Below the pieces are notes generated by a model. The model worked only from the letters and a program-made list of their open reading frames with translations, did not search any database and was not told the DNA's origin. Both the position numbers and the translations under genes were made by a program. 64,000 bases of DNA from Octopus sinensis (Eukaryota): positions 21,452,001 to 21,516,000 of the forward strand of contig NC_043003.1 in assembly GCF_006345805.1 (NCBI RefSeq), given 5' to 3'. This document shows positions 14,486-28,417 of this stretch, in pieces (the stretch's first letter is position 1; every line of letters starts with the position of its first letter).

Positions 14486-15094
14486 CACAATGGGACAAGA
14501 ACGCAAAACATCCGGACAGCTAGGTGATACGAAAAGGGACAACAAAACATCCGGACAGCTAGGTGATACAAAAAGGGACAACAAAACATCCAGATAGACG
14601 ATACAAAGAAAACAAGGATGGGTCATTCGAAGTTTTCTGTCTTCAGTGTAGCACCAGATTATCCTCGCAATTTCAGCTGATTATTCTTGAGATTGCTTCA
14701 ATCTGGCCAGCCCCAAGGAAAAACTAAGCTAAGAGCATTAGATTCCTTGGAAGAATGCAGCGAATGTATACAAAAACAAGGACAGAAAAAAATGGACAAT
14801 ATTACACAAATATAAATACAATAAAAAATAATAACAGGACATAACAACAGGTGTCTTTCGACTAAGGACGAATAGAATTAAGCTGGCGTGTGGAAATGAA
14901 GCCTTACGGCAGAGATACAGATGTAGTTCTATATAAATTTTTTATAGTTTTTCTTATACTTAAGACCTTCAGAAATGTTAAGATATCAGCCTATACCCAC
15001 GTTGTCATGATTTGATTAAAAGGTTACAGTATAGACAAGTTTCAGCCAAAGTTGACTCCGGCCATGTCTAATTTAATAGCACCTCCTGGAAGAG

Positions 15095-15500
15095 ATACAC
15101 AGTCAGCTCTGGGGAACCGTAACCCATTTAAGCAGAGGGTTATTGTTTTCAGAGACATATCTGGGTGTGGTTGGTTTATCTGGTATTTGTTGAAGGTAAT
15201 CATTTAGGGATCGTTTGAATGCTGTGAAGTCACTTTCCTCTTTTATGTGTGTCTGGCACGATGTTGAAGAGAGCAGGTCCAATTGAGGTGAAATAGTTCT
15301 GTCACAGTGTTGTGATATAGCACAAACATTTCTGTATTGGGCGGATGGCACGAGGTCCAAGCCTTGGACGAATTTTAAAGATAGGCAATGTTGATGTAAT
15401 ATGTCCCACATCATACAGATGATATAGAGTTCACAGCAGCAGTGGAGGGAGCAAAGCCTGAGCTTTTTGAGTTGATCCCAATAGTCAAGGCATGTCATGT
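15095..15500 (-). mobile_element. LINE 3' fragment (CR1/Crack-related, different family)
   Basis: LDYWDQLKKLRL.SL....ELYIICMMWDIL...FKRSLNDYLQQIPDKPTTPRYVSENNN.L, resembling YWERLK.L.LYSL.RRRERY.I and FK..LD.FL..IPD.P..PGY. Confidence 0.7.
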
Positions 15501-15589
15501 CATCCTCTGCAGACCTCCACCAAGCAGATCATTTTAAGATAGATACACGAGTAAAATTACTAATAGAGAAACGAAAATAAACTTTGGAA

Positions 15590-15896
15590 ACAGCAATGCC
15601 ACCATAGGTTACGTGGAAACGTTGAACGTGATTTCAAGGGAGATAATCAAAGAACATAACATTGTAATACTTTATGTAAAGTAGATATAACAAATGAAAA
15701 ATAGTTCAAGAATCCATAAAAATTCCCGGATCACTACCAAAATTTCATCATCTGTTCCTTGTGTCATTACCAACTTTTCCTGTACGTTTCATCAAATACT
15801 ATTGACAACTTTTTGAGTTATTTTGCACACAGACGGGCAGACAGAAGGACAGACGGACAAACCAACGCCGATGAATACATAACCTTCCTTGGTGGA

Positions 15897-15902
<6 letters not shown>
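15590..15902. mobile_element. Non-autonomous DNA element (Helentron/HINE-like end)
   Basis: (cagacgga)n microsatellite followed by acataaccttccttggtggaggtaa terminal hairpin. Confidence 0.4.
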
Positions 15903-15937
<35 letters not shown>

Positions 15938-18159
15938 CGAAATTTTAGAAATTGCTCTTAAATGTGGTTTTGGTCGTTTTGACTACTTCTAGCGTGTAAA
16001 ACTGCCTGTTGAAGGCAGTTTCTCCTGTGTTTGAGTGTACACTATTTTATGTTGAGAATATGCATACATATATGTATGTATATATATATATATGTTTTTA
16101 ATTGGCAAAATATGACCAGCTTTAAGTATAACTCTATATATATATATATACTTACTGTTAACAAAAGTCAGGATGCATGGCGTTCAGTTATTCCATAAAT
16201 GAAAAATGCATTAAATACTACAAAACGTACACGTAGGACAGACACTAACTAGAACCCTAATACTTCATCAGTTATCAACCGACAAATACTAATACCTAGT
16301 TTCATGCCTTTAATGATAAGGCAAGGAACTTCGTATACTGGTGGCACCCAATGCAGGCTGCATATGTTTAATGACCAGTAGAACCTTCGAAGTAGTAAAT
16401 TATCCAAACAAGGAGTAAACTAAGCCACTCTTCAGGCCAAGGATACCTTGATTACATGAAGTTTATGTTGTCGTTAGGAAATCCAGTGTAAACTCATTGG
16501 CGATTCAATCGAATTTGGACAGTTTGACCAGGGCTGGTAAGTTGGAAGGCTGCACCAGACTCCAGCCTGATTTGGCATGGTTTTCTATGGCTGGATGTCC
16601 TTCATAACACCAACCACTCCAAGAGTCTAATGGGTGCATGGACAACAGACGTTAAACGATGATGATATATATCAATATATCTATCTATGGAATTGAAATT
16701 GAAATCAAATTCAATGACTGGCATCTGTGCTAGTGGAGCGCTAAGAGCACTATCCAAGCGTGATCATTGCCTGAGCAGCTAACTGCTTCTAAGTTATATA
16801 TTATATGTGCAGTTTCATTTTTTTTTTTACTACATAATACCAGAAATGAACTTACACACATCCAAATGTTGCTAAATAATATATTGATTGCCAACCTCCA
16901 GCCTGTTGTTAATTTGGGGCCCTAGTCTAGCTATGAGGATAGCTTAGCTTAATTCTTAGATTACTCAAATTTCTGTCATTGTCCTCAATTGTGACTGTTA
17001 TGCCTTTGTCATGTGGAATTCCAGAAGGAGCTTCGTGAGACCACTGTAGAGGTGCTTCCGAAAAAAGATTTCAGTAACCGTTGGAAACCAATTACAGCAG
17101 TGACTCGATAAATTCCTAGTGATGTCTGAAGAAGGAATTTTTATATTCCGACATATTATTATATCAGACTATGGATAATTAAATTATAATGGTTATTATA
17201 GTCCACCTTGCATTGTTATGCCATTCAAAACGCATTATATTTCACAAACAATACACAGTGCTTCAAGCGAACTACATTACTCTCCTATATATATCTGTGT
17301 GTGTGTGTGTGTGTGTATACATATGTGTGTGTGTACCTATTTCTTTACTACCCACAAAGGGCTACACAGAGAGGACAAACGGATTAAGTCGATTATATCG
17401 ACCCCAGTGCATAACTGGTACTTAATTTATCGACCCTGAAAGGATGAAAGGCAAAGTCGACCTCAGCAGAATTTGAACTCAGAACGTAATGGCAGACGAA
17501 ATACGGCTACACATTTCGCCTGGCCTGCTAACGTTTCTGCCAGCTCGCCGCCTTATGTGTGTATGTACCTCTGTGTTTGTCTCCCACTACCACTTAACAA
17601 CTAGTGCTGGTTTGTTTACATCCCTATAACTTAGCAGCTTAACAGAAACGACCAACAGAGTAAGTATTGCACTTAAAAATAAGTGCTGAACTCAATTTAT
17701 TTGGCAAAAACTCTTCAAGATGGTGCTCCGGCATGGCCACAGTTTAGAGACTAAAACAAGTTACAGATAAAAAAAGATACACATAGACAGACTGTCACCA
17801 TCATTATATTCCTTGCTTCCCTTTAGTCTTTATAAGACAAGAGAGTGACAGATCTATTAATAAAAGCACAGCTGGTAGAACAAGTGCTAAGCAATAATTT
17901 TTCTTTTTTACTACCAATCATTGTATCTCTTAAAATAGAACATGATCCAGCTTACCTCCCTTCTTTTCACACACACACATACGCATTCATATAAACAAAC
18001 ACACACACATATGCACACTCACAAACGCCAGCTACTTTACACATACCACCCCAAGGCTTGAATGCCATTGAAGCTGTCTGGTAAAACACTTCAACTGATT
18101 CAGCTTATCTCAGAATTAAGAATGTATCTTTGGAACATAATTTACTGCTGCTCTTTGTG

Positions 18160-18163
18160 TGTG

Positions 18164-18243
<80 letters not shown>

Positions 18244-18401
18244 AATGAGAGTTGATGTAAAGGAAATGGACAGTTTAGAGTTAATAATAATAATAATAAA
18301 ATAATAATGATGATAATGGTGGTGGTGGTGGTGGTGGTGGTGGTGATGTTGTTGGTGGTGGTGGTGGTCATGAGAAGAACAACGACAGCAGCAGCAGTAG
18401 C

Positions 18402-18441
<40 letters not shown>

Positions 18442-18442
18442 A
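18160..18442. repeat. Compound microsatellite: (GT)n then ATA/GAT/GGT/AAC/AGC/AGT trinucleotide blocks
   Basis: Directly visible. Confidence 0.95.
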
Positions 18443-19364
18443 ATAAACTGAAATAAAGAAATGTTTTAAAATGAATAAACAGTAATTTTTTTAAAAGAAA
18501 GAAAGAAATAAAGAAAATAGGATGCAATAAAAAAGGGTAAAATTTTTGAATTAAAGACAAATCAATAAAGTAAATTAGTAGAAAACTAATTTCCTTTGAG
18601 TTTTTTAAAGACTCCATCAATTATTTGTGGCAGCAGGAGTTTTTCTTTGCTTTCTGTATTTTTTTTAAACTCTTAGGGTTTGTATTAACCATTTTTTTTT
18701 CTCATATTTGCTGACTTCATTTTCTTTTGTTTTTCATGAATTTATAGTTAGTTTTGGGGGCTGAGTATTTTATAGCATTTTTTTTGTTTTGTTTTTTTTT
18801 GTTTGTTTGTGTGTGTGTGTTTGATTTGTGGTCTTTATTTTCACATATTCTTCCATGTGGACTTACAGTTTGCTATTTTGGTGTTAATGCCACAAATTAA
18901 AATTTGACCCTAAATAGATGACTTTTATTAGCATGTGTTGCTCACCAATGCTGTCAAACCTCTGGCCCACAGATATTGTACTCTATTCTCATTCTGTCCC
19001 ATCTACTGTTATTTTGGTAACCACGGTTCCTTTACAGTTGGCCAGTCTTATTTAACCCCTGTTAACCCTTTAGCATTCAGATTTCTATGTCAACTGTATT
19101 GCTTATTTATTGCCATTGTTTTGAATTAGTCGTGTATTATTGAAGCTGTATTGGCCTTTGCCTTTCTCTTGGATAACATCGGTGGCATGGATACCAGGCT
19201 GGTATGCATGGGCAACTGCTGGTCTTCCATAAAACAACCCTAGGTTATGCGTTCACCAGTGAGGCAACTTTCCACCCAGACTTGTATCCCAGGGGGGAAC
19301 CTCTTAGGTGCACCTATGGTCATTTGTGACTGATGGAGTCAAGTTCTATATGTAAATCTACATT

Positions 19365-19400
<36 letters not shown>

Positions 19401-19580
19401 TGGGGGTATGTGTTGTAAAAGTGCATTGCTGCATCCACCATTTATTGGTGTTTCCCTAATCCTGGCAGATGACTCCTTAGCACCATTCAGGCAACAATCC
19501 TGGAATCTATGGGTCTGTTTTGGTAGTTGTTACTGGTGAGGGTTTTACAAGCTCAGAGTGCAAATCCTATCTCAACATCC

Positions 19581-19810
19581 TTAACCCTTTCAATACCAAC
19601 CTGGCTGAAACTGTCACTGGCTCTGTAGTATAAATGTCTTGTTTTCGTAAGTTTTTAACTAAAATCTTCCACCAAACCTTAGCCACAATTTTTGTTCCTA
19701 ACACAAGCTTAATGATAACCAAGTTTATTTTACTAAATTCTTTGTTATATTTAAAGTAATTGAAAGAAACGCATATCATCTCAAAATAAATACGGTAACG
19801 AAAGGGTTAC
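19581..19810. mobile_element. Second piggyBac-like MITE family; related copies (opposite orientation) at 52926-53141 and 50982-51972 (interrupted)
   Basis: ttaacccttttcaatacc ... aacgaaagggtta; interior similarity between copies. Confidence 0.65.
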
Positions 19811-21829
19811 TGTGTCTTTTATAAATTGCAGAGGAAGCTTGAGCAAGAACACTTGCTACCTGAACCAGGAATTGAACCCACAATCTGACAACAAAGAGGG
19901 GGGACACCCAAACCACTAGGCTATGCACCTTCACCAACAACATTAACATAGAAACAAATTAATTTTCTCTGTCTCTGCAGAGATTGAGAAAAAATTATAA
20001 GCCTTAAATTGATTTTCAAACTTTATTAGGGTCTTGTCAAGGGTTTCTACATCACTTGACAAATTCCAGAGAATCAAGTTGCCATTCTCTTTTACTCTTT
20101 TACTTGTTTCAGCCATCTGACTGTGGCCATGCTGGAGCACCGTCTTTAGTCGAGCAAATCGATCCTAGGACTTATTCTTTGTAAGCCTAGTACTTATTCT
20201 ATCGGTCTCTTTTGCCGAACCACTAAGTTACGGGGACATAAACACACCAGCATCAGTTGTCAAGTGATGTTGGGGGGACAAACACAGACACACGCAAACA
20301 TGCACACATGCATATATACGACAGGCTTCTTTCTACCAAATCCACTCACAAGGCTTTGGCTGGTCTGAGGCTATAGTAGAAGACACTTACACAAGGTGCC
20401 ACGCAGTGGGAATGAACCCGGAACCATGTGATTGGTAAGCAAGCTACTTACCACACAGCCATTCCTGCGCCTATATTCTGTTGATATACACATCAAATCT
20501 AGAAGCCACAGAGAAGTAGGGCAACTAATTTTCATGCTATATTAGTATTTAATAAGGCAGTGAGCTGGCAGAATTGTTAGCCAACTGGGCAAAATGCTTA
20601 GTAGTATTTCATCTGCCGCTACATTCTGAGATCAAATTCCACTGAGGTCAAATTTGCCTTTCATCCTTTCGGGTTCGATTAAATAAGTACCAGTTATGTA
20701 CAGGGGTCGATGTAATCAACTTAATCCCTTTGTCTGTCCTTGTTTGTCCCCTGCATGTTTAGCCCCTTGTGGGTAATAAAGAAATAAATATATTAGTATT
20801 TAATATGTTATTTAATATCAGAGGCCTGTCAATGAGGAACCCAGTTCACACAATATCAAGTTTTGATTTGTATATCAACAGAATGGCAACTTGATTCTCT
20901 GGAATTTGTCAAGTGATGTAGAAACCCTTGACAAGACCCTAATAAAGTTCGAAAATCAATTTAAGGCTTCTTATAATTTTTTCTCAAATAAAAGATAAAA
21001 GTCAACAAAATATTCTGGAAGAGATCAACCTCTCTACTTTCTTGCACACACACACAATAAATAAGATAAAAACCCTGGCAAACCAATAAATTGATGCAGT
21101 CTAACTAATAATAAAAGTTAAAAATAAAATATATCAAATATTCATTTACTTAATTATAAAACCTACTAATGACTGCTGCAGCATTTTTTGTTTGTTTTTT
21201 GTTTTGTTTTCCATTCTCTAATGAATGATTTAGTCTAAGGGAAAGAGCTCTGTCCATAACTGTCGTGGGCCCTTTGTGATCAGTAAGATCAATGGAGTTG
21301 GTGCAAACAAATGACTGTAGGGGAAAAAAAAAGAACATGGATATAGAGGGATTTTCAGAAGATTGAAGTTCTGGGGAAGAAGGAATGAGCAAAGTGGTTA
21401 GTGTAAGGCTAAGCAAGAGTTGGGTAATATGGTACAAGGCAGTGAGCTGGCAGAATCGTTAGCATGCCGGGCAAAATGATTAGCAGTATTTCGTCTGCCA
21501 CTATGTTCTGAGTTCAAATTCGAGGTTGACTTTGCCTTTCATCCTTTCAGGGTCGATTAAATAAGTACCAGTTACGCACTGGGGTCAATGTAATCGACTT
21601 AGTCCCTTTGTCTGTCCTTGTTTGTCCCCTCAATGTTTAGCCCCTTGTGAGCAATTGGTTACCAAGAGGGGGAAAGCTGAGTGAATTTAGTGAGCCTGAG
21701 CGGTAGTAGAATAAGGCAAGCCAGCTCCAAGAGACAGAGGCTACCAAAGCAGCAATATACAAGACAGTAAGAAGAGAGTTCAATGACTGTAGGCTTGACT
21801 ATACTGGTGAGCAACTTCATATCAATCAG

Positions 21830-22030
21830 TTGAAACTCTGACATCTGGCAGCTGACTTGGCAGACACCCATAAAATTATTAACCATCTTACAAACAATAA
21901 CTCTGAGCACCTTTTCAAACTCCACCTGTCTAACACCTATGGACATGTTTACAAAGTCAGAAAACAGCACAGCTCCCATGAGTTTCGGAAACATTTTTTC
22001 ATGCTAAGAGTTGCTGAAACATGGAACAAT
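21830..22030 (+). mobile_element. CR1-clade LINE fragment (tandem partial copy)
   Basis: LADTHKIINHLTNNNSEHLFKLHLSNTYGHVYKVRKQHSSHEFRKHFFMLRVAETWNNL. Confidence 0.85.
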
Positions 22031-22274
22031 CTGCTGGCATCAGTTGGCCTTTATTTGGAGACTGTCTTGAAAATCTGCTTGTGTTGTAAATTGTCTCTAA
22101 TCTTACTTTATAACTTAAGTCCTTCACAGCCTATGAACTATAAGCCATTGATGACTTTTCTCTACTGTTCTCAACTATGAGTTGTCTTTCCTGCATCTCC
22201 CCAGCTGGTTCCCTACTTTTACAGCTCTGCATCAATATCCGATTTTCAGGGCATTCTCTCTTCTTCCTCCCCTG

Positions 22275-22878
22275 TGAGTTCCAGGTCAGGGCTATGGTGC
22301 GGCCTCACCTGGAATTTGCATCACTGGTCTGGAACCCCTATCTTGCCCAGGATATTAATCGTCTGGAAACCGTTCAACGACATGCAACCAAGAGAATACC
22401 CTCCATCAGGCATTTGCCATATTCTGAATGCCTTACTTTCCTGGGCATGGATACATTGAAACTTCGACATCTGGCAGTCACCCATAAAATTATTAACCAT
22501 CTTACTAACAATAACTCTGAGCACCTTTTCAAACTCCATCTGTCTAACACCTGTGGACATGTTTACAAAGTCAGAAAACAGCACAGCTCCCATGACTTTT
22601 GGAAACATTTTTTCATGCTAAGAGTTGCTGAAGCATGGAACAAACTGCTGGCATAAATTGTTAGTTGTCAGAGTACTGCTTCCTTCAAAACTTCCATGCT
22701 TCCTGAGATTCACCAACACTACACCTGATTTTCTCCTCTCCATACTCACGCAAGCATGTATCTGACTCATACACTGTTCACTTTCCAGACATTTGTACAT
22801 TACTGCATATGCTTTATACGCACTTTTGACAAGTTGTGGTGCACCTGAGCACTGTATACAATAATTTCATTATTATTT
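22275..22878 (+). mobile_element. CR1-clade LINE 3' fragment, same family
   Basis: RAMVRPHLEFASLVWNPYLAQDINRLETVQRHATKRIP...; same 3'UTR and tail. Confidence 0.9.
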
Positions 22879-23820
22879 AAATAACAATGATTCTGTTAAC
22901 TATCTTAGCTACTGCTTCAATAACACTTTCTGCTACTGTTTCAACTACAGTTATTGTTAATTAAATATCAGTCTTAGATATTGTTTATATGACAGTTATT
23001 ACGACTGTTTCAATAACAGTTTTCGCTACTGTTTAAATAACACGCTTTGTTATGATTTCAATAAGAATCATTGCTACTGTTTAAACAAGATTTTGCTGCT
23101 GTTTAAGAATTTTTGCTCCTTTTTAAATAACAAACTTTTATTAGCAGTTTTTCTGTTCAGCAAGCACTCAAAATATCTGATTCATGTATAAAGGTTGGGT
23201 TGTAATAATTAGGTGTATCTTTGTCTGCATACCTGACACACTTCATCAGTGATATGTATTGATTACTTTAGGGCAATACTTGAATGTTACTTCAAGGGAT
23301 TCTTCTATCATCTCCTGCACCAATTGATGAGACCTTTGAGAGCTCTCTCACAAGGGTTAGGTTTGTTTATTCATTTATTTATTTATTATTTTATTGAAAT
23401 ATTTGCTTGTCGTTTTTTTTTTTTTTGTCTGCTCTCTTCTTACGAAACACTCATAAGTACACATGCATCCACATGTATCTGCATACTCATCACACACTTA
23501 AACATATACACTCGCAGGTATGTGATTACACAGGAAATGTTTCCTAATTGTTTTTGTTTTTAATTATTATTTTCATTTAAAATTGCTAAGTTAAAGGTGG
23601 GGCAATGAGGTTTTAGTAGTACATAACTTTTTAATGAGCTGTTACGTTTGTGAATACGTGTGTGTGCATGTGTGTGTGTATGTGAAATATTGTACAAATA
23701 TATAGTGTCACAACTATAACACAAAGCTTGGCGACTACAACTCTCATATTCACAAACACACACACACACACACATCTAATTAATTTACAAACCTAATAGA
23801 GAGAGAAAGAGACTTAAGAT

Positions 23821-24503
23821 CAGTGGTTCTTAATCATTCTTTAGCTATGGACCACTTTCATTCCTATTTTACTCAGGTGGACTCTCATAGCCATTCATGT
23901 TTTTAAAAAACCCATTATACTTTTTACAATTAAATATTATTTGGAATTGAGTAGTTAGTGGGTAGTGATTTTCTTCACTACTTCAGGGAGTGACGACCCT
24001 GCCTGACACAAGTCCCGGGTTCAGCTGACTCCAGCTGACAGTACCCGGTATGGGCCCCTATCCAGGGTTACGGAAAGGAGACAACCTTCAAAGAAATCCA
24101 AAGTGGAGCCCTGTAGGTGGGTTAGTGTTCAACTCAACACTCTTCAGGCAGCTCCTGCAACGAAGCTGGTGCCAAACATAATGCTCTGCACTCCTTTGGA
24201 CTATGTCAGCAAGGTCAAGAGAGGATTCCTGACGACTGGGCTACACAGGATTTTCTTACAACTAGCCCAGGCCTGCGCAAAACTGGAGAGGACATGAAAT
24301 GTAAAAGGCAGACTGAATTAGTTTATGCACAACTCCATTTCCTCCCAAGACAAACGGATACCAACAATTATTTGGAATTGTATAAAAACATTGTTAAAAT
24401 AATTTGTGTATTGTAGAAGTATGACCAATTTACACATAATTTTAACTACAAAATCTCATATAGACTCCACCAAGGGTCATATGGACCCCAGTTGAGAACC
24501 ATT
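23821..24503. mobile_element. hAT-type MITE interrupted by a GC-richer insert
   Basis: Ends cagtggttcttaa / ttgagaaccattg; flanks cttaagat / tcttagat. Confidence 0.5.
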
Positions 24504-26559
24504 GTCTTAGATGGTCACTCAACTTAGTGAGAAGTATCGATAGTATCTTTAGACTAGCTGGCCCCATGCCATCAACAATGATGGCTAATTGTAGTATTTG
24601 TTACTGAAAGAATGTTGGTTCCAACATATATTCACATACTTCCTTTGTACATGTACACACATACACACATATACTCACACAGAGTTGAAACACTGTTTGA
24701 TTTTTCTTTTCAGCGTTGAATGTTCATCATCCCACTTCCATTGCACACACATACAGACACACACACACACATACAATCACACACAAATATTCACATACCT
24801 CCCTTTTACATACATACGCATATACTCACACAGAGTTGAAATGCTGTTTGATTTTTTTTCAGCATTGAATGTTCACCATCCCACTTCCATTGCACACACA
24901 CACATAAACATTCACATACCTCCCATATACACACACACACAAACACACATGTACATGTATCTGTACATGTGTGTTTGTGTTTATCCCTCACCACTTCATA
25001 CAAGTGGTATTTGTCTGTTTATGTTCACATAACTTAGCAGTTTGGCATAAGAGATTGATAGAATAACTAACAGGCATTAAAAAATAAAGACTGCAAGACG
25101 GCGTAGGAATGGGTGTGAGGTAAGTAGCTAGCTTGCAAACCACATGGTTCCGGGTTCAGTCCCACTGCATGGCACATTGGGCAAGTGTCTTCTACTATAG
25201 CCTCGGGCCGACCAAAGCTTTGTGAGTGGATTTGGTAGATGGAAACTGAAAGAAGCCCATCATATGTATATATATAAGTATGTTTGTGTGTCTGTGTTTG
25301 TCCCCACCAACATCGCTTGACAATCGATGCTGGTGTGTTTACATCCCCGTAACTTAGCAGTTCAGCAAAAGAGACCGATAGAATAAGTACTAGGCTTACG
25401 AAGAATAAGTCTCAGGGTCGATTTGCTCAACTAAAGGCGGTGCTCCAGCATGGTCACAGTCACATGACTGAAACAAGTAAAAGAGTAAAAGAGAGAGAGA
25501 GAGAGAGTTGATTTGTTTGACTATGCTGAGAAACTACTTCAGGATGATACTCCAGCATGGTCATGGTCCAGTGACCGCAACAAGCAAATGATAAACATTA
25601 GAAAAATTAACTAATTAGAATTTCTAGAGAATATATATCTTTTCATATAAGAATATTATATTTCAAAAATAAAAGAAAAAAAATTGGTGTAATTATATTA
25701 CAAAAAAACAAAGTAGGAAAATCAAGACATGATGTGAGCCAACATATATTGGTCAATATAGAAGCTACTAAACCAAATTCTATTGGCCTTCATAATAATT
25801 GTACACATGTGTAATTAGAGCCGTTTCTTGATTAATCTGATATGCCATTGTACTATAATGAATCCAGGCAGCAGATGTCTTCTCGCCAAACTGTTTGTAT
25901 AGTCATTCCTTTATATAAAGAACTATATCAGATATCAATCTCCTTCAATTCACTGAGATAATTAGTTACATATTTTATGACACATTAACTAATTAATGTG
26001 CTAATGAGCTAAGATATAACAAAGGAAATATATTTATTAAGAACGAACAAAAAAAATCTGGAATAAAGGAAAAAGATAAAAGTGATTGAAGATATTTGTT
26101 TATATATTCTTTTCTACTCTAGGCACAAGGCCCGAAATTTTGGGGGAGGGGGCCAGTCGATTAGATCGTCCCCAGTACGCAACCCTGAAACAATGAAAGG
26201 CAAAGTCGACCTCAGCGGAATTTGAACTCAGAACGTAAAGACAGACGAAATACGGCTATGCATTTCACCTGGCGTGCTAATGTTTCTTACTTCTTTACTG
26301 CCCACAAAAGGCTAAACATAGAGGGGACAAACAAGGATGCGTAACTGGTACTTAATTTATTGACCCCGAAAGGATGAAAGGCAAAGTTGACCTCGGCGGA
26401 ATTTGAACTCAGAACGTAATGGCAGATGAAATACCACTAAGTATTTTTCCCAGCGTGCTAACGTTTCTGCAAGCTCGCCGCCTTACAGTTTCAGTTTACC
26501 AAGTTCACTCACAAGGCTTCAGTCAGCCCAGAAGATATTTACCCAGTGGTACCTGCCCT

Positions 26560-27155
26560 GGATATAGAAGTAAAGACTGGAATAGGATACAAAGAGTTTG
26601 TGACAAAGCAAACAGGGTGAACATGTGGTACAAGACCAACAAATATCAAAGAGTGATGTTTGTAGATGCCGGAGAACTAACCTGTAGGTTTAGGAAAGCT
26701 CTGAAGGAGACTAAATTCAACATAAATATCATTGAAAATCCAAGAAGCTCCATCAGCTCACAACTATGTAGAACATATCTCTTTGAGAATACCACATGCA
26801 CCAATGATAACTGCACGTTATGTAAAATTAACCCCCACATTAACTGTAGAACTAGAAGTGTAATCTCAAGCATAAGATGTATAGAGGGTGCTTGTAAAGA
26901 CAAGAATATAATATACATAGGTGAAACATATAGGGGCATTGCAGAGAGACTAAATGCACATCTAAGATAATATGACGGCAAAAAACAATCTTCCATACTC
27001 TACCAACAAGCCAAAGACTAACATGGAGGTACGCTGGGGCCAACTTGACATCTGCATTTTATCCAAGCACCCAAAGGACCCAACACTCAGACAAGTACAA
27101 GAGTACATCCTCATTAATGAAACATCTCCATTACTAAATAGGAAATATACATAGA
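26560..27155 (+). mobile_element. Penelope-like element C-terminal fragment (GIY-YIG endonuclease, Cys-rich linker)
   Basis: ORF 26419-26970 and continuation: CTNDNCTLC...NCRTRSVISSIRCIEGAC...IIYIGETYRGIAERLNAH...RQVQEYILINETSPLLNRK. Confidence 0.8.
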
Positions 27156-27204
27156 AAGCATCATACCTCAATACCCACAGTTTATATAAACACAGTGTTG
27201 TTAG

Positions 27205-27272
27205 TTGGGTGTTATGTAGGCGTGTGTGTGTGTGTCTGTGTATGCATGTATATAGATATATATATATATATG

Positions 27273-27314
<42 letters not shown>

Positions 27315-27690
27315 ATGTGTGTGTGTGGTGTGTGTGTGTGTGGACATGCATATGGACAGATAGATAGGTACATAGGTGATATGAAGAGAAGGGCACACAT
27401 ACATACATATAAATGAAGACTGAAACACATGACCATATACTCACATGCACACTTCACACAAGGAGACAGAGATACACACAAAATACATACACACACACAC
27501 ACAAACACATGGCTATGCAGAGTGATGCATACATACAAACGTGCACACATGCATACATATATATATATATGCATACACACACACACACACATACATGCAG
27601 AGTACATACATACAAATGTGCACACATGCATACATATATATATCCATACTCACAGATACATACATATGTGTATGCACACGCATGCGTACA
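27205..27690. repeat. Mixed TG/TA/CA low-complexity tract
   Basis: Directly visible; source of many spurious ORFs. Confidence 0.9.
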
Positions 27691-28385
27691 ATATAAAAAA
27701 AAAACAGAGCATAATTCCAATAACGGACAGAATCAATGACTGTTGAAAAGGTTGTAAGCTGCAATGAAAATTTTAGTAAAAAATAAATAAATAAGTGGAA
27801 ATCAGACCGGTGAGTATGTAAAATTAATAAGGCACTAAAAGAGAATGACTTTCCCCAGACACAATAAAATATGCTTCAACACACAAATTCAGAAAAAGAA
27901 TCTTGCAAACATACAAAAACGAAGTATTATTATTAGTATTAGTATTAAGGCAGCGAGCTGGCAGAATCTTTAGCACGCCGGGTGAGATGCTTAGTGGTAT
28001 TTTGTCTGTATTTATGTTCTGAGTTCAAATTCCACTAAAGTCAACTTCGACTTTCGTCCTTTCAGGGTCAATAAATTAGATACTAATTGTGTACTGGTGT
28101 TGATCTAATCAACTGGGCTCCCTCCCATCAAATTTCAGGCCTTGTACCTATAGTAGAAAGGATTATTATTATTATTAATATCAGTATTAAGGTGGCAAGC
28201 TGGCAGAATCATTAGCACGCTAGACAAAATGCTTAGCAGTACCTTGCCCATCACTACATTCTGAGTTCAAATTCCGCCAAGGTCAGCTTTGCTTTCATCT
28301 TTTCGAGGTTGATAAATTATGTGGTTGACGTAATCAATTAGTCACCTCCCATGAAATTTTAGGCCTTGTGCCTATAGTAGAAAAG

Positions 28386-28417
<32 letters not shown>

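Noticed and set aside
14615-14660. Hammerhead-like CTGAAGA...CGAA on the minus strand
   Set aside because: No convincing stem II and no GAAA box in this copy
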